The notes beneath the pieces are model-generated. The model was not told the DNA's origin. It ran no database searches and saw only the letters and a list, made by a program, of their open reading frames with translations. Positions 1 to 14,889 of a stretch of DNA of 64,000 bases are shown one piece after another; within the stretch, counting starts at the first letter, position 1; every line of letters starts with the position of its first letter. This stretch comes from Octopus vulgaris (Eukaryota), in contig OX597817.1 in assembly GCA_951406725.2 (NCBI GenBank), positions 82,956,001 through 83,020,000 on the forward strand. The letters run 5' to 3'. A program made the position numbers and the translations under genes.

Positions 1-638
1 AGGTATACGTATATATTGCATACATGAACACATAAACTCTTACACATATTGTTACGTTACGGAATTCTACGTGAGTTGCAGGACTATCTTTGGATTTTTC
101 GATTTCATTTCAATATTTTCTTTTCTCTTTATGTTCGGACATTTAAATATTCATGTAAATTTAATCGAATTAATTAAATTTGTACGGTGTTAAAGTTTTA
201 ATTAAAAAGTAGTACATTAATTTCTCTATTGTTCTACATGTATCCTGTTTTGTTTTTCTATACTCTCCGATTTACAATAGTATCATTAAAAGTAACAGTT
301 GAAAAAATGTAGTCAGTTAACACGAAAAGACTTCAACTAAAAATTAGAACGAAGTAAAAACAATATAACAACAGGTTTTAATTCATGCCAAGATAGATTT
401 ACAGGAATAACTACTTATAGCTATTTCAGTTTATTAGCCTCAGGTAAACTCGTCATTGACGAGACTATACTGTAATTTTTAATACCATGGATTGTAGCGT
501 CTAATTTCTCCTCTTTGTCACTACAGTGAATTGAGGGAATTTGTGTATTATTTCTAGCATTTGAAACAACATGGAAGAGTACATGTTGGCTCATATTTTG
601 CTCAAATCTATTATTCGATGCCTAGGAGTTTCATAGCC

Positions 639-925
<287 letters not shown>

Positions 926-1113
926 TCAGGGACCTTTTGAGCGGGATGGGCTACTCGACCTGAGGAAAATTCTATAGGCCATGGTCGTGCACATATGGTT
1001 GCGATGGATGGCCTTATGTACCCTTATCAGAGGGTTAGTCATGGTGAGTATATTGGGCTTCGTATATTTGTACCCCAGTGTTACTTTGTTGACATGCATT
1101 GCTCTCTCACCCA
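926..1113 (+). mobile_element. 3' fragment of a SINE/LINE-tail element between TAA runs
   Basis: ~190 nt non-repetitive block ending ...gcattgctctctcaccc followed by a (TAA)n tail; no ORF homology. Confidence 0.4.
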
Positions 1114-1131
1114 ATAATAATAATAATAATA

Positions 1132-3722
1132 ATAGAAAGAAATATGCTAAGTTAGAGAGGAAGTATAGGGTAAAGAGTAAGAAACCCAATGTCGTGACTG
1201 AGGAATTAAAACAGTGGTTGAAAGCTAAAGCAAATGAACTAAAGAGGTATGAACAGAGAATTGAGCAATACAGATTAAACAGACTTTTGGAACAAAATCA
1301 GTAACGAGTCTATAAGGAACTGGATGGGAAAGAAATAGGTGCAAAGCCGTGCCGGATGCTGAAGAAAGCAAAAGATTCTGGTCAAACATATGATCTCAGG
1401 AGAATCAACACGAAACTGAAGCAGTGTGGTTAACGACATTCAAAGTGGGGATTGGAGAGTATTAATAGGAGGATTTCAGAATAACCGAGGAGATCAGTGC
1501 AGGAAAATTCGTAACTGGAAAGTGCCTGGCCCAAATGGGCTTCAAGGCTTTTGGCTTAAAAACTTGACAGCTCTGCACAGGAGAATTACGAGACAGATGG
1601 ACGAAATACTGAGTAGTGGCATCTAAGTACCGGTCTGGATGACAAAAGGAAGAACGGTACTATGCCAGAAGGACCCAAGTAAAGGGAATGCAGTTGAAAA
1701 TTTCCGACCAATATCTTGTTTGCCACTGATGTGGAAACTGATGATGGGCATCATATCAAACAGCATCTATAAGTACCTAAATGAGAATGACCTACTACCA
1801 GTAGAACAAAAAGGGTGTAGATGTAAGAGCAGATGAACGACGGATCAATTACTAATCAACAAGACTACCCTGGTTGACTGAGAGAAGAGACACAAAAATT
1901 TAGTGATGGCGTGGATGAACTACAGAAAAGTATATGATGTGGTCTCGTATGTTACTGAATGCCTTAAACTGCTTAAGGTCTCCCACAATATCCTGAAGTT
2001 AATACAAAACTCAATGACAACATGGCGAACTAAACTCACTACATGGGGAGATAAGCTGGGAGAAGTAAATATCAAAAGAGGAATCTTTCAAGGGGTCAGT
2101 CTGTCGCCTCTCCTATTTGTTGCCTGCATACTGCCTCTAACGAACGTTTTAAGAAAGATGCGCTTGGGATATATGTTAGGCAGGGTGAAAGTAAACAAAC
2201 TGTGGTTTATGGATAACCTAAAACCATTCGCTAAGACTGAGAAAGGAATAGAGAATTAGACGGCAACTGTGCAGATGATTAGCAAATATATTGGCATGGA
2301 ATTTTGGATCGAGAAATGTGGTGTAATGATTCTCAAAAGGAAGAAAATCAGTAAAAGTCATGGGGTCAAGCTAGAAAGTGGTGAAACTATAAAGGGAGTT
2401 GGAGAGGAAGGCTATAAGTACCTGGGTATTATTGAAAGAGATAAGATAAATGAACACAAGATGAAAGAAATGTACAGGAAAGAGTATTTGAGAACACGGC
2501 TTGTATTCCAATCGAAACTAAATGGTCGCTATAAGATTAGAGCAATTAACACGTGGGCAGTTGCTTTGATGATATATGGGACAGCAATAGCATCTTGAAA
2601 GAAGCATGAATTACAAGAGATAGTTTGGAGAACACGTAAATTAATGACAATGAACAAGGAACTACACCTCAAGAGTGATGTGTCAGGATTGTATATAAAG
2701 AGGAAAGAAGGAAGACGGGGATTTGTGTGTTGTGAAGATTATGTAAGGGAAGAGGTGAATAGCCTGTCTTAGTATGTCAAGAGGAGTAAAGAATTAGTGA
2801 TTGAAGCAGTGAAAATGCAGGGAACCTTAAAAGTGAACGAGCCCTACATCCAACAGAATTTAAGAAAGATCAGAGAGAGCAGATGAAGAAAATTTGGCAG
2901 GAGAAGGAAATGTAGTCAGTTCTGGAAGTATAAAGATGAGATTGATTGGAATAGAACCTGGCAATGACTGCAGAAAGGAGACTTAGAAGAGCCCACTGAG
3001 GTATTATTGTGCAGCGCTCAAGAACAAGCTCTCAAAACAAACTACCCCAAATATCACATTCATTGATAAAAGCACTGACTCGCCAGTGTAGGATGGGCTC
3101 TGCGAAGGGAGAAAGTATAAGCCATATTGTTAGTGAGTTCTGAGAGCTTGCACCACGCGAATGCAAAAGGAGACACAAAAATGTGGCCAGATATGTCCAA
3201 CGGCTGTTGTGTAGCAAAGCAAACCTGGGGAGAGCCGAACAATGGTATGAACAGAAGCCAGTGGTAGTAATGGAAAATGAACGTTGCAAAATAATCTGGG
3301 ATTTTAACATGCAGTGCGACCAAGTCATCGAGGCGAGACGACTAGATATCGTGCTCATCCATAAAGATGGAAAAAAAAGATAAAAGATGTTGCAATACCA
3401 GGTGATTCAAAGTTGAAATATAAGTAAACAGAAAAGATTGAGAAACACCTACCACTGCGGGACGAGATAGGAAAGTGATAAGAGGAGCATTAGGAGCAGT
3501 TTACAAGGGCTTTGGAAAACATATTAAGAATATTGGAGCTGTTGTCAGGCTCGAAATGATCCAGAATACTGCATTGTTTGGTACAGCTCGCATTCTATGG
3601 AGATAATTGTCTCTTTGAATCATGGAGAAGGCACTACTGAAATCCTTTAGTAATTTGTTATTGCCTTCAAGTAAAAAAATAACCGGTACTTAAGAACTGT
3701 CCGAGTCTTCCATAATAGAAAA
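1132..3722 (+). mobile_element. 5'-truncated degenerate R4/Dong non-LTR retrotransposon (RT + CCHC + REL endonuclease)
   Basis: ORF pieces [43 protein letters not shown] (YxDD site decayed), YKYLG, KIIWDFNMQCDQVIEARRLDIV; many stops and frameshifts; flanked by TAA/CTA repeats. Confidence 0.93.
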
Positions 3723-4026
<304 letters not shown>

Positions 4027-4029
4027 CAA

Positions 4030-4753
4030 TATTCTTAACTGGACTCTAAATGAACAAATCAAAATAGACAGGAAAACAAGAACAATAACGACAGGATTTT
4101 GGATGCACCACCCAAAATCTAACACAGAAAGGCTATATATACAACGTATCGTCGGTGGTAGAAGCCTTATACAGCTAGAAAGCTATTACAAAATAACCAC
4201 TACAGGATTACACAAATACCTACTTCAGAAGCAAGGAAAACTAATACAAATAGCCACAAAACACGAATAAAACAAAAAACTGTTTTCAGCTGACAAATAC
4301 AAAAAAGATCTCATAGTACATAACAACTAGGAAGGAAAAGAAGAAACAACAGAAGCTGTAAAACGACTGAAATCCAAACTAAAACTGGAACAGCAACGGA
4401 TCATGATAAAACGATGGCAAGAAAAGCCCCTTCCTGCAAATATTGGGTTAAACTATACAGAAAAGAAACAGACAAAGCAAAATCCCAACAATGGTTGAAA
4501 CAATTTCTGTCATAGTAGGCGTATTAGGTATGATATAAAAAAACATTCAGATAAATACATAACAAAACATAAGGACTTACAAGTATATATAGCATACAGA
4601 GATTAGCACTACTAGGCACCGCACACATCCTTCATAAAACACTTTCGATGCAGTGAAAATAAGAGCAGCGCAACAAACCACAGCACATACCCAAAACACA
4701 CAGAGCTGCGCTCGGTGGTGAGTGAAGGCACGTGATAAAAATACGACTACTGA
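4030..4753 (+). mobile_element. R4/Dong fragment with internal deletion (same family as 6270-7541)
   Basis: Aligns by eye to 6270-6755 then jumps to ~7283-7541 (junction near 4500); shares the 3' UTR cacacagagctgcgctcggt. Confidence 0.9.
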
Positions 4754-4769
4754 ATAATGATAATAATAA

Positions 4770-6088
4770 CTCGGCTTTAACCCTGAATTAGATGAAGAAT
4801 CTGAAACCACTACCACTAAACAAGCAAAGCGGATCAAACACTGCAAAAAAAGAACAGACAGAAACAAATTGAGGAGCGGTGGAGCCAGAAGTCTCTGCAT
4901 GGACAGTATATTTATCGAAGCCGATATGCTTATGTAGACCAAGCAACAACCCAACAGTGGCTGTGAAGCACCGGTCTGAAAGCAGAGACTGAAGATTTCA
5001 TTTTAGCGGCGCAAGATGAAAGCTGGCTTGCCAAAAACGACCAGGTTAACGTTCTTCACAACGGCTCTGACCCTAACTGCAGATTCTGCAATAACTTTGA
5101 TGAAACAATAGACCATCACGTCTCGAGATATCCTGTGCTGAGACAAAATGAATGCAAAAATCTCCACAGTAGTGTAGGACAGTGTTTATATTAGAAAATA
5201 TGTAAACACTACAAAATAAGCACTCCTGCTTACTAGTATCAACATGATCCTGAGCCAGTCGTTGAAGGTAAAAATGTTACTGTCCTCTGGGATTTTCCAG
5301 TCAACATCGACAGGACGATCCAGGCTATTCGACCAGAGTCACTAAAGACGAGGAAGAAAATACTTGTAGACTAATAGATCTAAGTGTACCCACAGATAAA
5401 AATGTATCTGTAAAGTCATTTGACAGATTATGTAAATATAAGTACCTGGATATTGAAATATAAATATGTGGCATCGTAAAGCGACAACTGTTCCTGTTAT
5501 TGGAGGTGCCCTATGTATGATATGAAAGGGATGTCAGAAACATCTAGATAATATCCTAGGAGAAACCATGCCTCAGAGAATTCCAAAAGATTGTGCTGAC
5601 AGGTAGTGCCCACACCCTTAGAAAAACCTTCTCAGTTTAAATATATGTGTTGTATTAAATAAGTAAAAAAATAAATGCGCCCTTTCAAAGCCTAGCCAGG
5701 CTCATGGGCCCGGTTTCCCGGTTTCAATGGCGTATGTGTTCCCCAGCTGGACGGGACACCAGTCCATCACAGTGTTACTCATTTTCGCCAGCTAGGTGGA
5801 CTGGAGCAACGTGAAATGAAGTGTTTTGCTCAAGAACACAACGCGTCACCCGGTCCAGGAATCGAAACCAGAATCTTACGATCATGGTGCTGACACCCTT
5901 ATCACTAAGCCACGCGCCTCCCACTATGTGTTGTATAACATGAAGATATTTCGCTATTGCCCCTGCGACTCACCCACCCACAAAAGAACATTCAGTCATA
6001 CTGTAACATCTCTTATCCTTCACTAGCCCTATGACGCTGGGTGTGTCTCGGCAAGTAATTGTAACAAACATACAGATTAAAGGTAAAT
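4770..6088 (+). mobile_element. Degenerate R4/Dong 3' fragment (CCHC + REL, 3' UTR), interrupted by a SINE
   Basis: Decayed GLKAETE.FILAAQD, CRFC..FDETIDH, VTVLWDFPVNIDRTIQAIRP motifs; stop near 5640; UTR runs into (TAA)n. Confidence 0.85.
5656..5924 (-). mobile_element. tRNA-derived SINE with 12-bp target-site duplication
   Basis: Minus strand starts ggaggcgcgTGGCTTAGTGataagg (A box)...GGTTTCGATTCC (B box); TSD tatgtgttgtat at 5644-5655 and 5925-5936. Confidence 0.88.
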
Positions 6089-6112
6089 AATGATAATAAT
6101 AATGATAATAAC

Positions 6113-6198
<86 letters not shown>

Positions 6199-6208
6199 TA
6201 ACAATAAC

Positions 6209-6255
<47 letters not shown>

Positions 6256-6269
6256 TAATAATAATAATA
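6086..6269. repeat. (TAA)n microsatellite
   Basis: Direct reading. Confidence 0.97.
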
Positions 6270-7537
6270 TAACTGGACACGAAATGAACTGACCAAAATA
6301 GACAGGAAAACAAGAAAAATAATGACAGGATCTAGGATGCATCACCCAAAATCTGACATAGAAAGACTATATATACAACGTATAGAAGGTGGTAGAGGCC
6401 TTATACAGCTGGAAAACTACTATAAAATAACCACCATAGGACTGCAAAAATATCTACTTCAGAAGGAAGGAAAACTGATCCAGATAGCGGCAAAACACGA
6501 GCAAAACAAAAAACTGTTCTCAGTATTTAAGGAAGCTGACAAATACAAACAAGAAATCATACCACCTAATAAACATGAAGAAGAAGAAGAAGATGAAGAA
6601 ACAACAAAAGCTATAAAAAAAAATGAAATCCAAACTAAAAATAGAACAGCAACGAACCATGATAAAACGATGGCAAGAAAAGCCCCTTCATGGTAAATAC
6701 TGGACTAAACTAAACGCAAAAGAAATAGACAAAGAAAAATCCCAGCAATGGTTGAGAAGCTCAGGACTCAAAGCAGAGACAGAGGGATTTTTAATTGCAG
6801 CACAAGACCAAAGCCTCCCCACCAGAAATTACCAAAAACATGTAATGAAAAGAAATATTACAAGTAACTGCAGAATATGTGGAGATGGACAAGAAACAAT
6901 AAATCATATTATCTCTAGCTGCCCAGTCCTGGCTAAGAAGGAATATATTCACAGACATGACAGAGTTGGAACTTACATACATTGGAAGCTATGCCAACAT
7001 TATAGAATAACAACAGAAAAAAGATGGTATAGGCACACACCAGAAAAGGTCACAGAAAACGAGAAAGCAACCATACTCTGGGATATGCCGATACACACAG
7101 ATAGAGAAATTAAGGCCAACAGACCAGATATAGTTGTCAGAGACCATGAAGAAAAAAATGCTTTCTAATTGATGTATCAGTACCGGAAGATGACAACGTG
7201 TCTCTAAAAGAAATGGAGAAACTCTCAAAATACAAAGACCTGGAAATAGAGGTAACTAGAATGTGGAATCTGAAAACAGAAACAATTCCTATCATAGTAG
7301 GTGCATTAGGCATGATAAAAAAATATTCAGACAAATACATAACAAAAACACCAGGACTTACAAACACATATAACATACAGAAAATTGCACTACTAGGCAC
7401 TGCACACATCCTACGCAGAACACTTTCCATACAATAACCATCAGAGCATCACAACAAATCACAGCACATACCCAAGGCACACAGAGCTGCGCTCGGTAGT
7501 GAAGTGAAAGCACGCTATAAAAATAAAAATAAAACTA

Positions 7538-7541
<4 letters not shown>
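6270..7541 (+). mobile_element. Young 5'-truncated R4/Dong retrotransposon (C-terminal ORF + 3' UTR)
   Basis: ORFs 6322-6696, 6623-7168 and 7198-7437 join via two frameshifts in A-runs; motifs GGRGL, PLHGKY, AAQDQ, CRICG..ETINHIISSC, RHD, NRPDIV, EKLSKYKDL, PIIVGALG; followed by (TAA)n. Confidence 0.95.
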
Positions 7542-7607
<66 letters not shown>

Positions 7608-8097
7608 TTAATAATAATATCAACACTGCGTAAACGATAATGAGTTCTGAAGATAAAGGATAAAGAAATATAGACAATGAGAATGAAAATATAGCGTAAT
7701 AAAATGGATTGTTGCGAATAGATTATTTGAGAGTAGATATCTAGAACAAATAAGAGGTTTCCATTACACTGTAAAAACGAGAGTAAAATACAAAAATACG
7801 CAAAACATTTCACCGAAGAAGTTGTAAGTCAGACATCATTAAAAAGAACGTGAATGGCAATAGCAAAATAACTGTTATTACAGGTGGAGCAAAAGTAATC
7901 AACCACAATATAAATACAATGTATTTATATTATATATGATTATATATAATTCAGATACTGAGAGATTTAAGGAATTCCAAAATAAATTAGTGGCTACATA
8001 AACATACGCATGTAAATATTAGTGTCTATGTATAACATATATATATATATATACATATATAATATATACATATATATATATATATACATATTATTAG

Positions 8098-8663
8098 CAT
8101 TTGACGGATATTTGTCCTCATCTTGTTAACATATCCTCCAGCCTTCATTAGAAGTCTTGGTTCTCATTCCTAAGGTATTTTTCAAGGTTGCTGTTGTTGT
8201 TGTTGTTATTATTATTATTATTGTTGTTGTTATTGTTATTATTATTCAGATCACTGCTTGGAATCGAACTCGGAATCTTGGGGTGAGTAGCCCACGCTCT
8301 TAACCACTACGGCCATATGCCCGTAGACAATTATGAAGTGAATTTTAGGGCTTATAAATCTAATATTTTCCTATCCTTCCTTCATACCAGTTCCCATATG
8401 CTACTCATATCTGCTACTAAATCCAAGATTCCGATTTTCATTCCAAGCAGTGACCTGAATAATGATGATAATAATAATAATCATAATAACAATGACATCG
8501 AAAAATACCTTAGGAATGAGAACCCAGGTTCGAAATTTCCCCATGACACCGGATGAAGGCTGGAAGTTATATCACTGAAACGTTGTTTTATCAACAAATA
8601 AGATGACAAATATCCGTCAAATGTAAATAACGTACATAATTCCTCATCACTTAAATATAGCAC
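8098..8663. mobile_element. Inverted-repeat element with tRNA-like head and hammerhead (family copy 1)
   Basis: Minus arm ~8098-8382 (tRNA-like 8250-8323); plus arm ~8410-8663 with a mutated hammerhead core gacac-CGGATGA...GAAACGTT at 8545-8589. Confidence 0.8.
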
Positions 8664-8699
8664 TAATATATCTGCATTTATTTACATGCTCACAATTAT

Positions 8700-8905
<206 letters not shown>

Positions 8906-9039
8906 AGAATACACAAAAAGAAGACGAACAGGTGGCGTAGACAACAAACAGATGTATGTATTAATTTAACGTTCAGGAAATACACACACATACACACACA
9001 TAAATACGTATGTATATATATATATATATACTTCACCAA

Positions 9040-9243
9040 TCTTTTCTACTCTAGCTAAAGATCAGAAGTTTTGGGAGGCAGTCGATTAAATTGACTCCAG
9101 TACGTAACTGGTACTTAATTTATCGACCACAAATGGATGAAATGCAAAGTCGACCTCGGTGGAATTTGAACTCAAAACGTAAAGACAGACGAAATACCGC
9201 TCACCATGTCACCCGGTGTGCTGACATTTCTGCCAACTAGCCA
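9040..9243 (-). mobile_element. Abundant tRNA-derived SINE, family A
   Basis: Shared core gtcgacctcggNggaatttgaactca; B box GAGTTCAAATTC on the minus strand. Confidence 0.85.
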
Positions 9244-9342
9244 ATTTATATGTACTTCATTAATAAATCTGTAAAGACATCGCAAAATCTATTACTCAGA
9301 GTTTTACGTCCCCGTTCGTCGAACAGTTTTGTTAAAGAAACC

Positions 9343-9388
9343 AAAACTGTCTGACGAACGGAAGCGTGAAACTCTGAGTAACAGTTTT
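9343..9388 (+). ncRNA. Minimal type-I hammerhead ribozyme
   Basis: aaaactgt-CTGACGA-ACG gaag CGT-GAAA-CTCtGAG-TA-acagtttt: perfect 8-bp helix I, intact core, GUA cleavage triplet; decayed inverted copy at 9292-9330. Confidence 0.88.
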
Positions 9389-9456
9389 TGTGGTGACTCC
9401 GATATTCTAATACTAATTGTTCCAACTTCTTTCATTTTGATGTACTTACTCTGGTG

Positions 9457-9488
<32 letters not shown>

Positions 9489-9542
9489 TACATATATACA
9501 CATATATACATATGTATATATATATATATACATATTTCTTAC

Positions 9543-9583
<41 letters not shown>

Positions 9584-9768
9584 CTCAAATACTTGCACAC
9601 AGACACACACACACATACATATACTTAAATCTATATCAACATACCTATCTATGTACCTATATATATTTTATATTTATAAATGGATATCTATATATAAGTA
9701 TATATTTACGCATATATAGAACTCTCTCTATATATATACACATACACACTAGTGTGTTTATGTGTGTG

Positions 9769-9887
<119 letters not shown>

Positions 9888-10064
9888 ATATATATATATG
9901 TATGTATGTCAACCTATGTATTTGTGTCTGTACGTGTATAAATGTAGAATGTGTCAGCAGATCTACACGCACCCAGACAGACAAGCACATACACACACAA
10001 CCTTAAATGCGTAAACTTACACACACACACACACATATATATGCACCTACATGTGTGCGCATAT

Positions 10065-10095
<31 letters not shown>

Positions 10096-10594
10096 ATCTG
10101 TGAAGATTTTACTGATATACAAATATAAAAAGAAAAACAATCGATGTGTAAAACTGCTGAATCATAGAAACGGAAAAAAAAACAGAAAAAAATCTTTAAA
10201 ATTGTGTTGGAAACCCAATATATTTCAGTTGGCTTACAAACTGACGAAATAACATTTCGACTTCGAGCGCGCACATATACACACACGCACACACTCACAC
10301 GTACACACATAAATACTTAATGACATATGTATACATAAATGTGTTATATTGTTGAGAGTGTTAGTGTTTCAAATTTAGTGCAACATAATACTGCTGTCAT
10401 ATATATCTAATGGACACATACATCATAGCCATTTTCAGAACAAGTTATACACGGTGTATTATATCAGTCAAGACTTCCCTTGAACCTATATCATCTACAT
10501 CATCTCATATTATAATCTACCATTGCACCATTAATATTCTAAGTCAAGCCATCTGACTAAAAGTAGAGTTACAATGGTCTTTTCTTACTGTCTG

Positions 10595-10855
10595 TAGGCA
10601 CGCTGTATCCAAATAGTTAAGACGTTCGCTTCATTTTCTATAACCTCTGTTCAACCTATTTTCAGTGGCTGGATTTACCTGAAATTTCACATGTTCTTCT
10701 TTGTCGCACGTTGCATCCCGCTGATTCTTTTCAGAAGTAACGTTAAGAGTACACATGTCACTGGAATATTCAGCCACTAGAGCATAAATTTAAGTTGATC
10801 AGACAACTTAAGTCTCAACAATGTCGAGCTGCGGACAACTGCCACCCGCCATTAA
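10595..10855 (+). mobile_element. Old degenerate SINE-like repeat
   Basis: Eroded tRNA-like start (ggcacgctgtatccaaatagttaagacgttcgc) and SINE-like body. Confidence 0.35.
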
Positions 10856-11214
10856 ATTCATAGATAATCATATTAAATCTATATGAAAAAATATACGGAT
10901 GTATGATGGAGTGTTATAATACTATAAAATCAACAAATGTATTAATATAAAATGCCGAGTCTTTTCCGAAATAAGAATAGCATATTGAGAGTAGAAGTGT
11001 TATGTGTGTGTGTGTGTGTGTAGTATAAAAAGTATAAAAACCTCACACCCTGCCAACTCGTGTCGATACAGTATAGTAGAGTAGGTTCATAAAAGCAGTA
11101 TGATCTGAAGCTCAAATTCCTGGCCTCCACATCAGACCATATCTGGTGGAGACAATACACTGATGCTTTCTTCCGACAATGGATTGATCATAGGCAATGC
11201 AATCCAGTCTGTTA

Positions 11215-11323
<109 letters not shown>

Positions 11324-11404
11324 GGAATAATTATTATTCCAACCTTAGAAGTAAAATTCAGTATAATAATATTAGACAGAATTTCGTAATATATGATATA
11401 TAAT

Positions 11405-11930
11405 ATATGCATATAACTAATTCAGAAATGATCCACCATTCCACAACTCAGTCAATGAAGAACCAGTCAAAAACCATTATGTGAGACATATACCATACAA
11501 AATACTAAGCTAAAATTTTAATCATATATCATATTGAACAGTAAGGTTATTACAATCATATAATATATAAGAGCAACTACTTTTAAAATCACAGCGAATA
11601 CCATACAGAGAAATATTCATAATAAAAATATTAATCTAAAATCAAATAAAGTATAAATTGAACAATAAAAATTAATACAATAATATAATGTATAAAAGTT
11701 AGTACTTGTACATTGACTACGCACGTTTCATGGCTGAATTAGGACTATATAAAATCATATAAGAAACCATATCCAAGTTCATTAGAACGGAAAGATGATT
11801 TTACTCCCCAAAACATTCACTCTTCAGTTCAAATTCCTAAAAAAACCTAAAAATAAAACTCACCTCATAATATGATAAGGAATAGAAAAAAAATAATATA
11901 ATAAAATAATAAGAAAATAATAAGGAATAA

Positions 11931-11986
<56 letters not shown>

Positions 11987-12888
11987 AAACAAAACCTGTA
12001 ATATAATCCCTAAGTAAAAGGCATTAATATTATTAAAAGTTAAGAATTAAAAAATTCGAATAGAGTATTATTGTGATTAATTCATTATGGAGAATATAAA
12101 TAAATGTAAATACGTGTTAGTGTATAAAGTTAATAAAAGACGTATGTCGATATTGTTTAGAATAAATTTTGAAAACATGATTTATCTGTCGGCAAATTAC
12201 TGTAGATTAAACCGAAATAAGTGTACTTTAGCATTTATACTGAAAAGTCACGTGTTAAATATGGCGTCCATTACTCAGAGATAAATACTTATTATATTTA
12301 CCATACTAAAAACGAAATTATCGAGAAATAAGGTCTACCTAACATATTATTTATTGAAGTAATTCGCCGGCAGATAAGTCATGTTTTTAAAATGTATTCT
12401 AAACAATATCGACATACGTCTTTTATTAACTTTATACACTAACACGTATCTACATTTATTTACATCCTCCATAATGAATTAATCATGTTCACAATAATAC
12501 TGTATTTGAATTTTTAATTCGTAACTTTTAATAATATTAATGGCTTTAACTTAGGGATTACATTACAGGTTTTGTTTCTTTGTATATATTTTTTTATTCC
12601 TTATTATATTATGAGGTGAGTTAAACTTATTGTTCAATTTATACTTTATTTGATTTTAAATTGATATTTTTATGATGAATGTTTCTTTGTATGGTATTCG
12701 CTGTGATTTTAAAAGTATTTGCTCTTATATATTATATGATTGTAATAACCTTACTGTTCAATATGATATAGTATTAAAATTTTAAATTAGTATTTTGTAT
12801 GGTATGTCTCACAGAATGGTTTTGGACGGGTTCTTTATTGACTGAGTTGTGGAATGGTGGTTCGTCTCTGAATTAGTTATATATGCAT

Positions 12889-12889
<1 letters not shown>
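11405..12889. mobile_element. Long inverted-repeat non-autonomous element (Penelope pseudo-LTR-like)
   Basis: Arms ~11405-12200 and ~12365-12889 are diverged reverse complements; the right arm lacks the ~11670-11855 segment. Confidence 0.8.
11713..11832 (-). ncRNA. Type-I hammerhead motif with long helix II
   Basis: Minus: ttgaa-CTGAAGA-GTG...(~85 nt)...CAT-GAAA-CGTGCG-TA-gtcaa; one mismatch next to the core in helix I. Confidence 0.6.
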
Positions 12890-12943
<54 letters not shown>

Positions 12944-12982
12944 TTTATATATACATATATATATATATATATACATATATAG

Positions 12983-13019
<37 letters not shown>

Positions 13020-13034
13020 CAAATATATACATAC

Positions 13035-13117
<83 letters not shown>

Positions 13118-13229
13118 CATAGCTATAAGCTGTGTTATGAGTATTTAAAGAACACGCATCCTATAGAATCCCAACAAACAATTAATTAAAGATGGAAAAG
13201 AGAAGATGTTAAACATTAAAAATAATTTA

Positions 13230-13348
13230 TTCCATGCATACGATCGTTTCGAACGGTAATATTAACATGTAAATAACATGGAAGAAATTAGAAATTAATT
13301 TAATTATAATTAAATTAAATATATATTACTATCCTCCTCAGTGCGGAA
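13230..13348 (-). ncRNA. Type-I hammerhead motif with extended helix II
   Basis: Minus: ttccgca-CTGAGGA-GGATAGTAATAT...ATATTACCGTTC-GAAA-CGATCG-TA-tgcatggaa; palindromic helix III. Confidence 0.75.
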
Positions 13349-13622
13349 AGAATACATCAGAAGGATATTATATTGTTACAGAAGACTAGATAGTTTGAGT
13401 GTCACATGACATATTCGGATATGCACGATAAATGAAGGATAAAAAACATGTTACGGTAGTTTTGAGTCTAGTTCTGTATCAACTATAACTGGTGCGGCTA
13501 ACAGCTGTTTGAAAATACAAGTGAAAAATGTTTCAGAACCGTTCTCTCTATACGAAGGTAATTACGTGATATACATGGCATATAAAACATTTATCACTAG
13601 AAGTAAAATATAATATAATATA

Positions 13623-13660
<38 letters not shown>

Positions 13661-13743
13661 GGTCCCGGGTTGATTCGGGGTTAACCACAGTAAATAAGGT
13701 ACTCAATACATAGCAGAGTAAAATTAATTTATTATATAGAAGG

Positions 13744-13794
13744 AGCTTCTACAGGACTAGAACTGTTTCATTCAAGAGAAATCTTCAGGAAGCT
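13744..13794 (-). ncRNA. Type-I hammerhead motif
   Basis: Minus: agcttc-CTGAAGA-tTTC tctt GAAt-GAAA-CAG..CTG-TA-gaagct. Confidence 0.75.
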
Positions 13795-14395
13795 AGTTAA
13801 CAAGAATTGTATTGGCATTTATACATTTAGGCAGGTTTAAAGGGGTGTTGGTGGGGGACTTTTTGGGGGTAGGCATAGCGCAAAATATCATACTTGGGGG
13901 TGTGGTCAGGGAGTCAGTGTTAAATTAGATAGAGGAATAAATAAAAAAAAAAAAAATATATATATAAAAAAATATATATATAGAAAAAATGGGGGAGTAG
14001 AGTGTTAGGTAAATAAGGAGATTCTCACTTATACCTATGCACATATGTATACATATATACACACACATACAAACATATATACATATACATACACACATAC
14101 ATACACACACATATATATACATATATATACACTTACACATACATATACATATCTACACATACACATATATGTATACATACACACACTCACATGCATACAC
14201 GTATACACACATGTATATATACACACACGACCACACATACATATACACACAGAAAAATATATATACACATACACACACATACTCACATACACGCATACAC
14301 ACACATATCCACACACACACATGCACACACAGCACACTAGTCCCTATATACACATATATACACATACACACATATATACATACACACACATACAT

Positions 14396-14435
<40 letters not shown>

Positions 14436-14846
14436 GTGTACCTATGCATACCTACACATACACACATATATATATATACACATACAAATACAGACCCATT
14501 CCCTAATTTTAATTTTATTATCTTCGTTTATTACTTTTGTTATCTTTGGCCGCTTGGTCACAAACATCTTGGCTATGACAGCCAGTCCATATATCTGTCT
14601 ACTGGAAAACAAGCACTCATTCACTCACGCACACTCTTTAGCACGTACACTCACTCATTCGTACACTCATACACATACACGCACGCACGCGTTATATTCA
14701 TACATACATACATCTACATACATTCACGTATATACACATACGTACGCGTACCTACAGATTCATGTCTACACTCTTAGAAGGCTAGTCTATACATATACAC
14801 CAATAAATATAAATTCACACACATACATATACACCTACATACAAAT

Positions 14847-14889
<43 letters not shown>

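Noticed and set aside
13840-13912. G-quadruplex-forming tract
   Set aside because: G-runs are present but on the strand opposite the element's ribozyme and vary between copies; no support for function.
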